64,000 nt of DNA from an uncultured Acidimicrobiaceae bacterium (GTDB lineage: Bacteria > Actinomycetota > Acidimicrobiia > Acidimicrobiales > Ilumatobacteraceae): contig CAVRGG010000001.1 in NCBI GenBank assembly GCA_963720695.1, positions 804,299-868,298 of the forward strand, in the 5' to 3' direction. Positions 38,181-47,711 of this stretch are shown one piece after another. The number at the start of each line of letters is the position of its first letter. Position 1 is the stretch's first letter. The notes below the pieces were generated by a model. The model did no database searches and was not told the origin of the DNA. It saw nothing but the letters and a program-made list of their open reading frames with translations. The position numbers and the translations under genes are program-made.

Positions 38181-38230
38181 CCGACCCGTCGTGGCTATGA
38201 TCCGCGCATGTCGTTGGGGGTGTTCGTCGG

Positions 38231-38989
38231 GTGAAGGCACAGGGCGCGGGAAAGGCACAGACCCGATTCCGTCGCGCCGTGCGTCCCGTGTCCAAGCAGC
38301 TCTGGCACTTCCACCTCGAGGGTTTCGAGCGCCTACCGGCCGAGGGCCCCGCGATCCTGGCGCCGAACCACGTCAGCTTCCTCGACTCCGCGTTCTTGAT
38401 GCTGCACGTCCCGCGCAACATCAGCTTCGTCGGCAAGGCCGAGTACATGGACTCCTGGAAGACCAAGTTCCTGTTCCCGATGCTGGGCATGATCCCCATC
38501 GATCGGTCGGGCGGCGACAAGAGCCAGGCGGCGCTCGCCACCGCTGAGGCCGTGTTGCGGCGCGGCGAGCTGTTCGGCATCTTTCCCGAAGGCACCAGGA
38601 GTCGCGACGGCTACCTGTACAAGGGGCGCACCGGCGCGGCGAGGCTGGCGATGACGGTCGGCTGCCCGATCTTCCCCGTCGGCGTCGTCGGCACTCGCGA
38701 GATCCAACCACCCGACGCGAAGTTCCCCCGCTTGCGGCAGGAGTGCACCATTCGCATCGGTCGCCCGATCAACGTCGGTCGGTACAAGGATCGCGGCGAC
38801 GACCACCTCGTGTTGCGTCAGATCACCGACGAGTTGATGTTCGAGATCCGTGAGCTCACCGGCCAGGAGTACCGGAACGTGTACGCCGGTAAGACCGCCG
38901 AGACCGAGCCCACCGTTGCCGCGAAGGTCGGCACGGTCGGCGACGTGGTCGAACGTGAGATGGTGGCCAGCGTCGCCGCAGGCGAGTAG
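38231..38989 (+). CDS. plsC: 1-acyl-sn-glycerol-3-phosphate acyltransferase family protein
   Basis: NHVSFLDS (HxxxxD) and FPEGTRS motifs. Confidence 0.8.
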   Translation: MKAQGAGKAQTRFRRAVRPVSKQLWHFHLEGFERLPAEGPAILAPNHVSFLDSAFLMLHVPRNISFVGKAEYMDSWKTKFLFPMLGMIPIDRSGGDKSQAALATAEAVLRRGELFGIFPEGTRSRDGYLYKGRTGAARLAMTVGCPIFPVGVVGTREIQPPDAKFPRLRQECTIRIGRPINVGRYKDRGDDHLVLRQITDELMFEIRELTGQEYRNVYAGKTAETEPTVAAKVGTVGDVVEREMVASVAAGE

Positions 38990-39042
38990 GCGGTCGAAAA
39001 GTCTCCGGCTGTGGGGGAGGGCGGCCATAGACTTCGAGGCCT

Positions 39043-41016
39043 ATGGCCGACATCACGATCTCCCTCCCAGACGGTTCGCAGCGCTCCCTTTCCGCGGGTG
39101 CCACTGCGACCACCCTGGCGGAGTCCATCGGGAGCCGGCTGGCGAAGGCCGCGGTGGCCGCAGTCGTCGACGGTGAGGAGTGGGACCTCGGCCGCGCCCT
39201 GCCCGACGGTGCCACGGTGGCGATCGTCACGGCCGAATCCGAGGCAGGTCGACATGTCCTGCGCCACAGCACGGCCCACGTCCTCGCGCAGGCGGTGACG
39301 CAACTGTTCCCCGGTGCGAAGTACTCGATCGGACCTGCGATCACCGACGGCTTCTACTACGACTTCGAACTTCCCGACGGGCGCACGTTCACGGAGTCCG
39401 ATCTCGAGGCCATCGAAGCTCGCATGCGCGAGATCATGAAGGCCGACCAGCCCTTCGTGCGTGACGAACTTCCTGCCGCAGAAGCGCTCGCGGTGTTCGC
39501 CGACCAGCCGTACAAGTGCGAGATCATCGAGCGCGTGTCCACCGGCGCGGCCGACAGCGAGGACGCGGGCGAGATCGGCAGCGGTGAGACCATCAGCGTC
39601 TACCGCAACACACCCGAGTTCGTCGATCTGTGTCGAGGCCCGCACGTACCGAGCACGAGCCGCCTCGGCCACTTCAAGCTGATGAAGGTGGCGGGCGCCT
39701 ACTGGCGGGGCAACGAGAAGGGCCCGATGCTGCAGCGCATCTACGGGACGGCGTGGGAGTCGAAGGCCGCGCTCGAGGAGCATCTGCACCGTCTGGAGGA
39801 GGCCGAGAAGCGCGACCACCGCAAGCTCGCGGTCGAACTCGATCTGCTCAGCTTCCCGCAGGCGCTCGGCGGCGGGCTCGCCGTGTGGCACCCCAAGGGT
39901 GGCATCGTCCGCAAGGTCATGGAGGACTACAGCCGCGAGCGGCACCTCAATGGCGGGTACGAGTTCGTGTTCACGCCACACCTCGCGAACGGCAACCTGT
40001 TCGAGACGAGCGGTCACCTGTCCTGGTACAAGGACGGGATGTACCCGCCGATGGAGATGGACAACGGCACGTACTACCCGAAGCCGATGAACTGCCCCAT
40101 GCACTGCCTCATCTTCGACAGTCGTCAGCGCAGCTACCGCGAGCTGCCCCTGAGGCTGTTCGAACTGGGCACGGTGTACCGGTACGAGCGCGCCGGCACC
40201 CTCCACGGCCTGATGCGGATCCGCGGGTTCACGCAGGACGACAGCCACATCTTCTGCACCGAGGATCAACTGCAGGACGAGATCATCTCCCTGCTCGACT
40301 TCGTCATGAGCGTGCTGCGTGCGTTCGGATTCACCGACTTCACGGCCAACCTGTCCACGAAGGATCCTGAGAAGTACGTCGGCACCGACGAGAACTGGGA
40401 CCGCGCCACCGAGGCGCTGCGCATGTCGCTCGAGAAGTACGACCTCGCGTACAAGATCAAGGACGGCGACGCGGCCTTCTACGGGCCGAAGATCGACATC
40501 GACGTGAAGGACGCCATCGGCCGGACGTGGCAGCTGAGCACGATCCAGTGCGACTTCAACCTGCCGGAACGGTTCGGGCTGGAGTACGTCGGGGCCGACA
40601 ACAACCGGCACCGTCCGATCATGTTGCATCGTGCGCTGTTCGGTTCGATCGAGCGGTTCTTCGGTGTGCTCATCGAGCACTACGCCGGTGCGTTTCCGAC
40701 GTGGATGGCGCCGGTCCAGGCGCGGGTGCTCCCCGTCGCAGAGGCACACCACGGCTATGCCCAACAGGTGGCCGAGCGGCTCCAGGAGGCGGGATTCCGC
40801 ACGGACCTGGTCGAGGCCAACGATCAGCTCGGCAAGCGGATCCGCGCGGCCAAGATGGAGAAGATCCCGTACGTGCTGGTCGTGGGCGACGACGACGTCG
40901 CCGCAGGCACACTCGGCGTCAACCCGCGCGGGGGCGACGTCGAGCGTGGCGTGGGTCTCGATGTGTTCGTCGATCGGCTCCGCGCCGAGGTCGACGCGCA
41001 GCTCGCCGTCACCTGA
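39043..41016 (+). CDS. thrS: Threonine--tRNA ligase
   Basis: 657-aa ORF with a TGS-like N-terminus, a class II core (FHGLMRIRGFTQDD-like: LHGLMRIRGFTQDDSHIF) and an anticodon domain. Confidence 0.95.
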   Translation: MADITISLPDGSQRSLSAGATATTLAESIGSRLAKAAVAAVVDGEEWDLGRALPDGATVAIVTAESEAGRHVLRHSTAHVLAQAVTQLFPGAKYSIGPAITDGFYYDFELPDGRTFTESDLEAIEARMREIMKADQPFVRDELPAAEALAVFADQPYKCEIIERVSTGAADSEDAGEIGSGETISVYRNTPEFVDLCRGPHVPSTSRLGHFKLMKVAGAYWRGNEKGPMLQRIYGTAWESKAALEEHLHRLEEAEKRDHRKLAVELDLLSFPQALGGGLAVWHPKGGIVRKVMEDYSRERHLNGGYEFVFTPHLANGNLFETSGHLSWYKDGMYPPMEMDNGTYYPKPMNCPMHCLIFDSRQRSYRELPLRLFELGTVYRYERAGTLHGLMRIRGFTQDDSHIFCTEDQLQDEIISLLDFVMSVLRAFGFTDFTANLSTKDPEKYVGTDENWDRATEALRMSLEKYDLAYKIKDGDAAFYGPKIDIDVKDAIGRTWQLSTIQCDFNLPERFGLEYVGADNNRHRPIMLHRALFGSIERFFGVLIEHYAGAFPTWMAPVQARVLPVAEAHHGYAQQVAERLQEAGFRTDLVEANDQLGKRIRAAKMEKIPYVLVVGDDDVAAGTLGVNPRGGDVERGVGLDVFVDRLRAEVDAQLAVT

Positions 41017-41866
41017 GCGGCAGCGCCTGCAGCAACTCGTCGCGCAGCGCGTCTGCGTCGACGGGCAGGCCGTGCGCGCTGAACCACTCGCAGATGTTCC
41101 GGCAGTCGCGGTCCAGGTACGAGAACCCCTGCGGGTTGCCGACCAGGTCGACCGCCTGCGGAAGATCGATCAGGACCAACCGGCCCTCGTGGACGAGCAC
41201 GTTGTACGCGGACAGGTCCCCATGCGAATACCCGGCGAGGGCGAGCGTGAACAGCACATCGCGGAGCTGGCCGAACAGGTCTCGGGCCTCGGCACGCTCG
41301 GGCCGGAGTTGGGCGAGCCGAGGTGCCGCCGTGCCGTTTGGATGGCCGATGAACTCCATCAGCAGTTCGGTACCGATGAGCTGGACCGGGTAGGGCACGG
41401 CGGCGCCGGCCGACCACAGTCGGGAGAGCACGGCGAACTCGGCGACCGCCCATTGGCCGGCGATGAGCTCGCGGCCGAACTCGGTGCGGGTGGCCATCGC
41501 ACGGGTCTCGCGGCTGCGGCGAACTCGGCGTCCCTCGAGGTAGGTGGCATCGCGGTGGAACAACCGATGATGCGAGTCCCGGTAGCGCTTGGCCGCCATG
41601 AGGATCTCGCGGTCGTCGTCGGCTCGACGCACGAGCGAGACGTCGGCTTCCTTGCCGCTCTTGAGGACGCCGAGGTCAGTGTCGATCGCGCCGGGGGCCG
41701 TGATGACCCAGTCGGGGATCGGCGACGGGCCGTGCGACGCGTCGGGATAGGTGCTCCAGTTGGGTTCTTCCGGGTCGTCGGACTCGGGGGTGATGACGGG
41801 AAGGGAAAGGGTGTACTCGTCGAGGTCGTCGTCGAAGCGGCGTCGCGAGCGGTGGTTGTTGGCCAC
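41009..41866 (-). CDS. RIO1-family serine protein kinase
   Basis: 285-aa ORF (LKSGKEADV, LLMEFIG, HGDLSAYNVL, LIDLPQAV). Convergent 8-nt overlap with thrS. Confidence 0.8.
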   Translation of the reverse strand: MANNHRSRRRFDDDLDEYTLSLPVITPESDDPEEPNWSTYPDASHGPSPIPDWVITAPGAIDTDLGVLKSGKEADVSLVRRADDDREILMAAKRYRDSHHRLFHRDATYLEGRRVRRSRETRAMATRTEFGRELIAGQWAVAEFAVLSRLWSAGAAVPYPVQLIGTELLMEFIGHPNGTAAPRLAQLRPERAEARDLFGQLRDVLFTLALAGYSHGDLSAYNVLVHEGRLVLIDLPQAVDLVGNPQGFSYLDRDCRNICEWFSAHGLPVDADALRDELLQALPLR

Positions 41867-42063
41867 GGTGGGCTCCTGTGGTGTCGGTGCGGTGGAGAGG
41901 ACTCGGCACCGACAGCGCGTCGGTGCCTAGATGAGAACGGGGGCGCGGAACACGGAGGCGATGGTCATGACACTGCCTCCTTTCTCACGCGCTCGCGGCG
42001 CACCGGACCTGACGAACGGGAACGTATCGCGTCGATTCGTGCTCGGCCAGCTAATTTCGACCT

Positions 42064-42570
42064 GTGACTCAACTCGACCGCATCTGGAACGGATGGCGTG
42101 CGCAGTACGTCAACGAGGCGGGCGGCCGGTCGCCGGATGCCCAGGGCAGCGTCTTCACCCAGATCCTGGAGTCGGGCATGTCCGACGAGGAGGCCCACAT
42201 CGTGCATCGAGGCCCGCTCACCTTCGTCATCCTCAACGCGTTCCCGTACACGTCGGGTCACCTGATGGTGCTCCCGTACCGAGAGGTGGCCACGTTGGAA
42301 GATCTCACCGCACCCGAAGCGACCGAAGTCTGGTCCACCGTGACCACGGCGGTGATCGCCGTGAAGAGCGCGTACCGGCCGGGTGGTGTGAACGTGGGGA
42401 TCAACCTGGGACGCGCCGCGGGCGGGAGTGTGAGCGAGCATCTCCACGTCCACGTCGTGCCGCGGTGGTCCGGCGACGGGAACTTCATGACGGCGGTCGC
42501 CGAGGCGCGCACGCTGCCCGAACCGTTGTCGTTCTCGGCGGCGAAGCTGCGCGAGGCGTGGCCGTCATGA
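42064..42570 (+). CDS. HIT-family protein (Ap4A phosphorylase-like)
   Basis: NAFPYTSGHLMV and HLHVHVVPR histidine triad. Confidence 0.85.
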   Translation: MTQLDRIWNGWRAQYVNEAGGRSPDAQGSVFTQILESGMSDEEAHIVHRGPLTFVILNAFPYTSGHLMVLPYREVATLEDLTAPEATEVWSTVTTAVIAVKSAYRPGGVNVGINLGRAAGGSVSEHLHVHVVPRWSGDGNFMTAVAEARTLPEPLSFSAAKLREAWPS

Positions 42571-43058
42571 GCGTCGTCGTTCGTCGTAGCCACCCGGGTG
42601 ACGATCTCGCCCGGGCGGGTGCCATCGTGCAGGCCGCCTACTTCGCCCTGCCCGACTACCCCCGTGATGCCTATTACGACGCCGTGCTGGGCGACGTCGC
42701 CGGTCGAGCGCACGAGGCCGTGGTGGTGGTGGCGCTCCTCGACGACCGCCTCGTCGGGTGCCTCACCTACGTGCCCGATCACCACAACCCGCATGCCGAG
42801 TTCGACGACCCCAAGGCCGCCAGCTTCCGCTACTTCGGCGTCGATCCCTCGGTGCAGGGACAGGGTGTGGGCGAAGCGATGGTGCAGTGGTGCATCCACG
42901 AGACCAAGCGCACGCATCACCGTCGGCTGCGGATCCACACGCTCGAATCGATGCCGGGGGCGCAGCGGATGTATCTCCGCCTGGGGTTCGAACGCGACCC
43001 AGAGCACGACGAGGACTGGGACGGCATCAAGGGCCTGGCCTTCGTACTGCACCTCTAG
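42567..43058 (+). CDS. GNAT-family N-acetyltransferase
   Basis: Last 163 aa of ORF 41931..43058 (VDPSVQGQGVGEAMV acetyl-CoA motif). ATGA overlap with the HIT gene. Confidence 0.8.
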   Translation: MSVVVRRSHPGDDLARAGAIVQAAYFALPDYPRDAYYDAVLGDVAGRAHEAVVVVALLDDRLVGCLTYVPDHHNPHAEFDDPKAASFRYFGVDPSVQGQGVGEAMVQWCIHETKRTHHRRLRIHTLESMPGAQRMYLRLGFERDPEHDEDWDGIKGLAFVLHL

Positions 43059-43067
43059 AGCGGGCGT

Positions 43068-44057
43068 GTGAGACTGGGCGACATGCGCGCCGTCGTCCTG
43101 CAGTCCCATGGTGGTCCCGAAGTGCTCACGATCGTCGAGGTCGAGGACCCGGTGCCCGGTCCTGAGGAGGTACTGGTGCGCGTGGCGGCGACGGCACTCA
43201 ACCGCGCCGACCTGTTGCAGCGGATGGGTCTCTACCCCGATCCGCGGGGCCGTGTGCCGGAGATCCCCGGCCTGGAGTTCGCCGGCACCGTCGCCGCCGT
43301 CGGGGAGCGGGCGAGCATGTGGTCGGTGGGAGATCGAGTGATGGGCATCGAGGCGGGCGGCGCCTACGCGGAGCTGATCACTACCCACGAGCGTCAGCTG
43401 CTGGCCGTGCCGGCCGGACTCGACCTCGTCGACGCCGCGGCGATCCCCGAGGTCTTCCTGACCGCGTGGGATGCGCTGGTGTTGCAGGGAGGACTGACCA
43501 GCGGTCGATGGGCGCTGGTCCACGCCGGTGCCAGCGGCGTCGGCACAGCTGCCATCCAGATCGCGAAGGCCGTCGGAGCTCGCATCGCGGTCACCTGCTC
43601 GTCGGGCAAGGCAGATCTCTGCCGCGAACTCGGTGCCGACCTCGTGCTGGAGCGCTCGCCCCACGACTGGCTGGCGGATGCCGTCGCCGCCGTGCCCGGC
43701 GGCTTTCACACGGTGCTCGACGTCATCGGCGGCGACGAGGTCGACCGCAACCTGCAGGCCGTCGCGGTGAAGGGCACCATCGTCCAGGTCGGCCTCATGG
43801 GTGGAGGGCGTACGCCCGTCAACGTCGGACTGCTGCTGGGCAAGCGGGCGACCTGGGTGGGCACCACGCTGCGGACGCGTCCGCTGGAGGAGAAGGTGGC
43901 CGTCACCCGTCGATTCGCCGCCGAGATGCTGCCGCTGTTCGACGCCGGTGAGCTTCGCCCCGTGATCGACAGCCGCTATCCCTTCGCCGAGATCGCCGCC
44001 GCGCACGCGCACATGGAAGCGAACGCGAACGCCGGCAAGATCCTCATCACCCTGTAG
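43068..44057 (+). CDS. qor: NAD(P)H:quinone oxidoreductase (zinc-independent MDR family)
   Basis: GGPEVL, LNRADLLQRMGLYP and HAGASGVGTAAIQIAK motifs. Alternative start ATG 43083. Confidence 0.85.
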   Translation: MRLGDMRAVVLQSHGGPEVLTIVEVEDPVPGPEEVLVRVAATALNRADLLQRMGLYPDPRGRVPEIPGLEFAGTVAAVGERASMWSVGDRVMGIEAGGAYAELITTHERQLLAVPAGLDLVDAAAIPEVFLTAWDALVLQGGLTSGRWALVHAGASGVGTAAIQIAKAVGARIAVTCSSGKADLCRELGADLVLERSPHDWLADAVAAVPGGFHTVLDVIGGDEVDRNLQAVAVKGTIVQVGLMGGGRTPVNVGLLLGKRATWVGTTLRTRPLEEKVAVTRRFAAEMLPLFDAGELRPVIDSRYPFAEIAAAHAHMEANANAGKILITL

Positions 44058-44114
44058 CCCTCACCAGCCGTCCCTCCACCCGCAGCCGGAGAGCATCGCC
44101 GGACCCGGAAAGGG

Positions 44115-45656
44115 TCAGCGGACCTTGCACTTGATCGTGTGGTAGCCGGTGGCACCGTCGGGTGCGACGGGGGTGCGCTCCTCGGTCTGGGTCTCGCCGG
44201 TCTTGTCGGTGGCGCGGACCTCGATCTTGTAGTCACCGGCGGGCGCGTTCCAGTCGAGGACCCACTGGCGCCAGGCGTCGTCGGAGACGTCCGTCGCCAG
44301 CCGCGCCTCCTGCCACTCGCCGCCGTCGATGCGGACTTCGACCTTCTCGATGCCGCGGTGCTGCGCCCAGGCGACGCCGGCGATCTTCTGCGGGCCCGCC
44401 TCGATCGTCTTGCCGTTGCGTGGCACGTCGATGCGCGACTGGGTCTTGATCGGCCCGAGACGACCCCATCCGCGCGGCACCCAGTAACCCTGCTGATCCC
44501 ATGTCGTCAGCTCGATCTTGCTCAACCACTTCGTCGCACTCACGTAGCCGTACAGGCCGGGCACGACCAGGCGCGCCGGATAGCCGTGCTCGAGGGGGAG
44601 CGTGGCGCCGTTCATCCCGACCGCGATCATCGCATCGCGACCGTCGAACGCCGCCTCGACGGGGAACCCGCACGTCCAGCCGTCCTGGCTGGTGCTGTAG
44701 ACCTGCTCGGCGCTGTCCTGCACGCCGGCACGGTCGAGGATGTCCTGGAGCAGCACGCCGCGCCACACGGCGTTCCCGATGTAGGGACCGCCCACGTCGT
44801 TCGACACACAGCACAGGGTGACCACCCGCTCGACCTGCGGCATGGCGAGGAGTTCGTCGTAGGTGAAGCTGTAGGGCGAATCGACCATCCCCTTGATCTC
44901 GCACTTCCACTTCGCCGCATCGACGCGGGGGAAGGAGAGTGCGGTGTCGATGCGATAGAAGTCCGAGTTCGGCGTGACGAACGGCGACGTCGGGCTGAGC
45001 GTCGCGGCATCGGGCACCGCAGGGATCGTGTCCACAGCACCCGCCGTGGGCAGGGGCGCCTTGGTGGCCTCGCGGATGTCGGAGATCCGGCGGTTGTCCA
45101 GTGCACGCGCCACCCCGCCGGCGGCGGCCGCGGCGATCGTGGCTGCACCGCTCGTCGCCAGGAATCGACGGCGATCCCAGCCGAGCGGCGCTTTGGACGG
45201 TCCGGGCGTCTCGATCGGCTTGGGCTGGAGCGCACGATGGAGCACGACGCCGCCGAGCAGAGCACCGAGCAGGCTGGGCACCGCAGCGCCCGCGCCTTCG
45301 CCGGGCCGGTGCATCGCGGCCACGGCGCCGACGAGTCCGAACACGCCGAAGCCGACCATGCCGACGACGGGCCGCCGTACGGACGCGATGCCCAGACCCA
45401 CGGCGGCGACGGCGAGGATGCTGATGATCCCCACGCGCAGGGCGAGCTTGTCGTTGGAGCCGAAGGTGTCGATGGCGAACTGCTTGACCCACCGTGGGAC
45501 TCGGTCGATGACCTCGCTCCCGACGGCGTCGATGGGCGAGACGACGTCGGTGATCGCCGCGACGAGCATGCCCGTCGTGACGGCGAGCGCGCCGGAGACG
45601 AAGCCGGCGATGGCTCCGATGGATCTGCTCGGGGTACCGGGTGATGAGGTGTTCAT
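44115..45656 (-). CDS. Membrane-anchored molybdopterin-dependent oxidoreductase (sulfite-oxidase fold)
   Basis: About 190-aa multi-TM N-terminus. Moco domain (FYRIDTA, TLCCVSNDVGG, HGYPARLVVPGLYG) and an Ig-like dimerisation domain. ATG overlaps the kinase stop (ATGA). Confidence 0.8.
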   Translation of the reverse strand: MNTSSPGTPSRSIGAIAGFVSGALAVTTGMLVAAITDVVSPIDAVGSEVIDRVPRWVKQFAIDTFGSNDKLALRVGIISILAVAAVGLGIASVRRPVVGMVGFGVFGLVGAVAAMHRPGEGAGAAVPSLLGALLGGVVLHRALQPKPIETPGPSKAPLGWDRRRFLATSGAATIAAAAAGGVARALDNRRISDIREATKAPLPTAGAVDTIPAVPDAATLSPTSPFVTPNSDFYRIDTALSFPRVDAAKWKCEIKGMVDSPYSFTYDELLAMPQVERVVTLCCVSNDVGGPYIGNAVWRGVLLQDILDRAGVQDSAEQVYSTSQDGWTCGFPVEAAFDGRDAMIAVGMNGATLPLEHGYPARLVVPGLYGYVSATKWLSKIELTTWDQQGYWVPRGWGRLGPIKTQSRIDVPRNGKTIEAGPQKIAGVAWAQHRGIEKVEVRIDGGEWQEARLATDVSDDAWRQWVLDWNAPAGDYKIEVRATDKTGETQTEERTPVAPDGATGYHTIKCKVR

Positions 45657-46855
45657 GAGTGCTCCTTCGGGGGGAACCAGAGTCGGATGTCGCCGCCGGG
45701 ACCGTCGCCCAACCACGCACGGCCGCCGTGCTGCTGCACGAGGGCGCGAGTGATGGCGAGGCCCAGGCCGGCATGACCGGTGCGGGTCGTACGGGCCGGG
45801 TCGGCGCGGGTGAACGGGTCGAATGCGTGGGCACGGAAGTCGGCGGGAAAGCCGGGTCCGTCGTCGAGGATGCGCACCGAGACTCCGTCGGCAGCCGTGG
45901 TGACGCTGAGTCGGACGTTGCCGTCGGCGACGCAGTGCCCGATGGCGTTCTCGATCGGATTGCGCAAGACCCGACCGATGTCGAGTGCGGTGGCGTTCAC
46001 GAAGGCCGGCCCGTCGGACGTGAGATGCAGGTGGACCCCGCGGCGCTCGGCCAGGGGGGTGAGTGCTTCGACCGCCTCGTGGGCGACCTCGGCCACCGAG
46101 ACGGTCTCGGTCGCGCTCGGCCGGGCACCAGCCTCGATGCGCGCGTACTCGACGAGTTGATCGAGCAGCGCTTCCACGTTGATCAGTTCGTTGCCGATGA
46201 TCCCCATGTATCGGTCGGGATCGGTGGCGACGCCGTCCTGAAGGCTCTCCACGGCCGCCCGAATGGCAGCGAGTGGGGTGCGCAGATCGTGGCCGACGCT
46301 CGTGAAGAGCATCTGCCGGGCAGCGCCGAGTCGCTCGCGCTCCACGGCGGCGTCGTGCAGCGTCGACACCATCTCGTCGACGGCGGCGGCGGTGCGCCCG
46401 ACCTCGTCGACGCGCCGGATCCCGGTGCGCACGGTGAGATCACCGGCTGCGACCTGTTCGGCCACCTCGCCGAGACGGGCGATGTCGCGGGCGAGGGGCC
46501 GGGTCAGTTGCGTGCCGACCACCAGCGCGATCCCGCACGACAGGATCAGCACGACCAGGAACAACCGATAGTCGTGCGAGGAGAGGAACATCGCGTTCGA
46601 TGCGGCGGAGGTGGTGACGGCGCCGAGCGCGAGCGAGCACAACCCGACCACGAGAGCGGCACCGGCCACGCTCGCCCTGCTCGACACCCACCGGCGCAGC
46701 AGCGGGACGAGGGCGGCCGCCACCACGGCCGGAGCGGCGAGGATGATGATGAGGTGCAACCGTTCGTCGCCGTTCGGCGGCTGGAGGAGCACTTCGGCGA
46801 GGACGATGGCGCCGAGGACCAGGCCGGTCAGCCACAGCAGCAGGCGGGCGCTCAT
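45653..46855 (-). CDS. Sensor histidine kinase (2 TM, HAMP, HisKA, HATPase)
   Basis: H-box SVGHDLRTPLAAI, N-box RNPIENAIGH and G-box DDGPGF...GLGLAI. ATGA overlaps on both sides. Confidence 0.9.
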   Translation of the reverse strand: MSARLLLWLTGLVLGAIVLAEVLLQPPNGDERLHLIIILAAPAVVAAALVPLLRRWVSSRASVAGAALVVGLCSLALGAVTTSAASNAMFLSSHDYRLFLVVLILSCGIALVVGTQLTRPLARDIARLGEVAEQVAAGDLTVRTGIRRVDEVGRTAAAVDEMVSTLHDAAVERERLGAARQMLFTSVGHDLRTPLAAIRAAVESLQDGVATDPDRYMGIIGNELINVEALLDQLVEYARIEAGARPSATETVSVAEVAHEAVEALTPLAERRGVHLHLTSDGPAFVNATALDIGRVLRNPIENAIGHCVADGNVRLSVTTAADGVSVRILDDGPGFPADFRAHAFDPFTRADPARTTRTGHAGLGLAITRALVQQHGGRAWLGDGPGGDIRLWFPPKEHS

Positions 46856-47547
46856 GGCTCGAACCTGTACCCGACACCCCACACGGTGGTGATCCAGCGC
46901 GGCTCGTCGGGATTCGTCTCGATCTTGTTGCGAAGGCGGCGCACGTGCACCGTGACCGTGGCCGGGTCCTGGAAGTCGGGCGAGGAGTCCCACACGTGCT
47001 GGAGGAGCTGGGCGCGCGAGAACACCTGCCGCGGCGCTTGGGCCATGAAGGCGAGGACGTCGAACTCCTTCGCCGTCAGCGACGCGGTGACGGCACCGGG
47101 CCCGGTCCCGACGGTGACCTCTCGGGCCTTCAGATCGACCTGCAATCCGTCGAACTGCAACACGTCGACGGCGGTGGGTGTCGACTGTGCCCGGCGCAAG
47201 ACGCTGCGGACGCGGGCGGTGAGCTCGCGGGGCGAGAACGGCTTGGTGACGTAGTCGTCGGCACCCAACTCGAGTCCGAGCACGCGGTCGGCCTCGTCCA
47301 CTCGCGCCGTGAGGAGGATCACCGGCACCCTGTTCGGGCCGCTGCGGCGCAGGAAGTCGAGGCCGGAGGCGCCCGGCAGCATCACGTCGAGCACGACGAG
47401 ATCCGGTTGGAACTTGGTGACCGCGTCGTCGACGGCATCGCCGCGATCGAGCTCCATGACCTCGTAGCCGTCACGCTGGAGATACTGCGCGACGACCTCA
47501 CGAACCGTCGGTTCGTCGTCGACCACCAGGATGCGGGGTGCTGCCAT
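46852..47547 (-). CDS. OmpR/PhoB-family response regulator
   Basis: ILVVDDEP...DLVVLDVMLPG receiver domain and a winged-helix domain (VWGVGYRF). The real start at 47547 lies inside ORF 46852..48165. Confidence 0.9.
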   Translation of the reverse strand: MAAPRILVVDDEPTVREVVAQYLQRDGYEVMELDRGDAVDDAVTKFQPDLVVLDVMLPGASGLDFLRRSGPNRVPVILLTARVDEADRVLGLELGADDYVTKPFSPRELTARVRSVLRRAQSTPTAVDVLQFDGLQVDLKAREVTVGTGPGAVTASLTAKEFDVLAFMAQAPRQVFSRAQLLQHVWDSSPDFQDPATVTVHVRRLRNKIETNPDEPRWITTVWGVGYRFEP

Positions 47548-47584
47548 CGCCGCACACCATACGGAGGATGCGAACCCCTGTGAA

Positions 47585-47612
47585 TGGATGTGCAGGAGAG
47601 TTTCGTGGATGT
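47585..47612 (+). promoter_or_regulatory. Direct repeat TGGATGT-N14-TGGATGT in the divergent intergenic region (candidate response-regulator site)
   Basis: TGGATGT occurs at 47585..47591 and 47606..47612, 21 bp centre to centre, between the regulator gene and the lipoprotein operon. Confidence 0.3.
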
Positions 47613-47711
47613 TTCTCGGTCCGTCGCCACACCGAAAGGCCTGCATCTGATCATCGTGGTGCGAACGACGACCCTGTTGCTTCGCACCGACCCGACGAAC
47701 TGGAGACCTCC

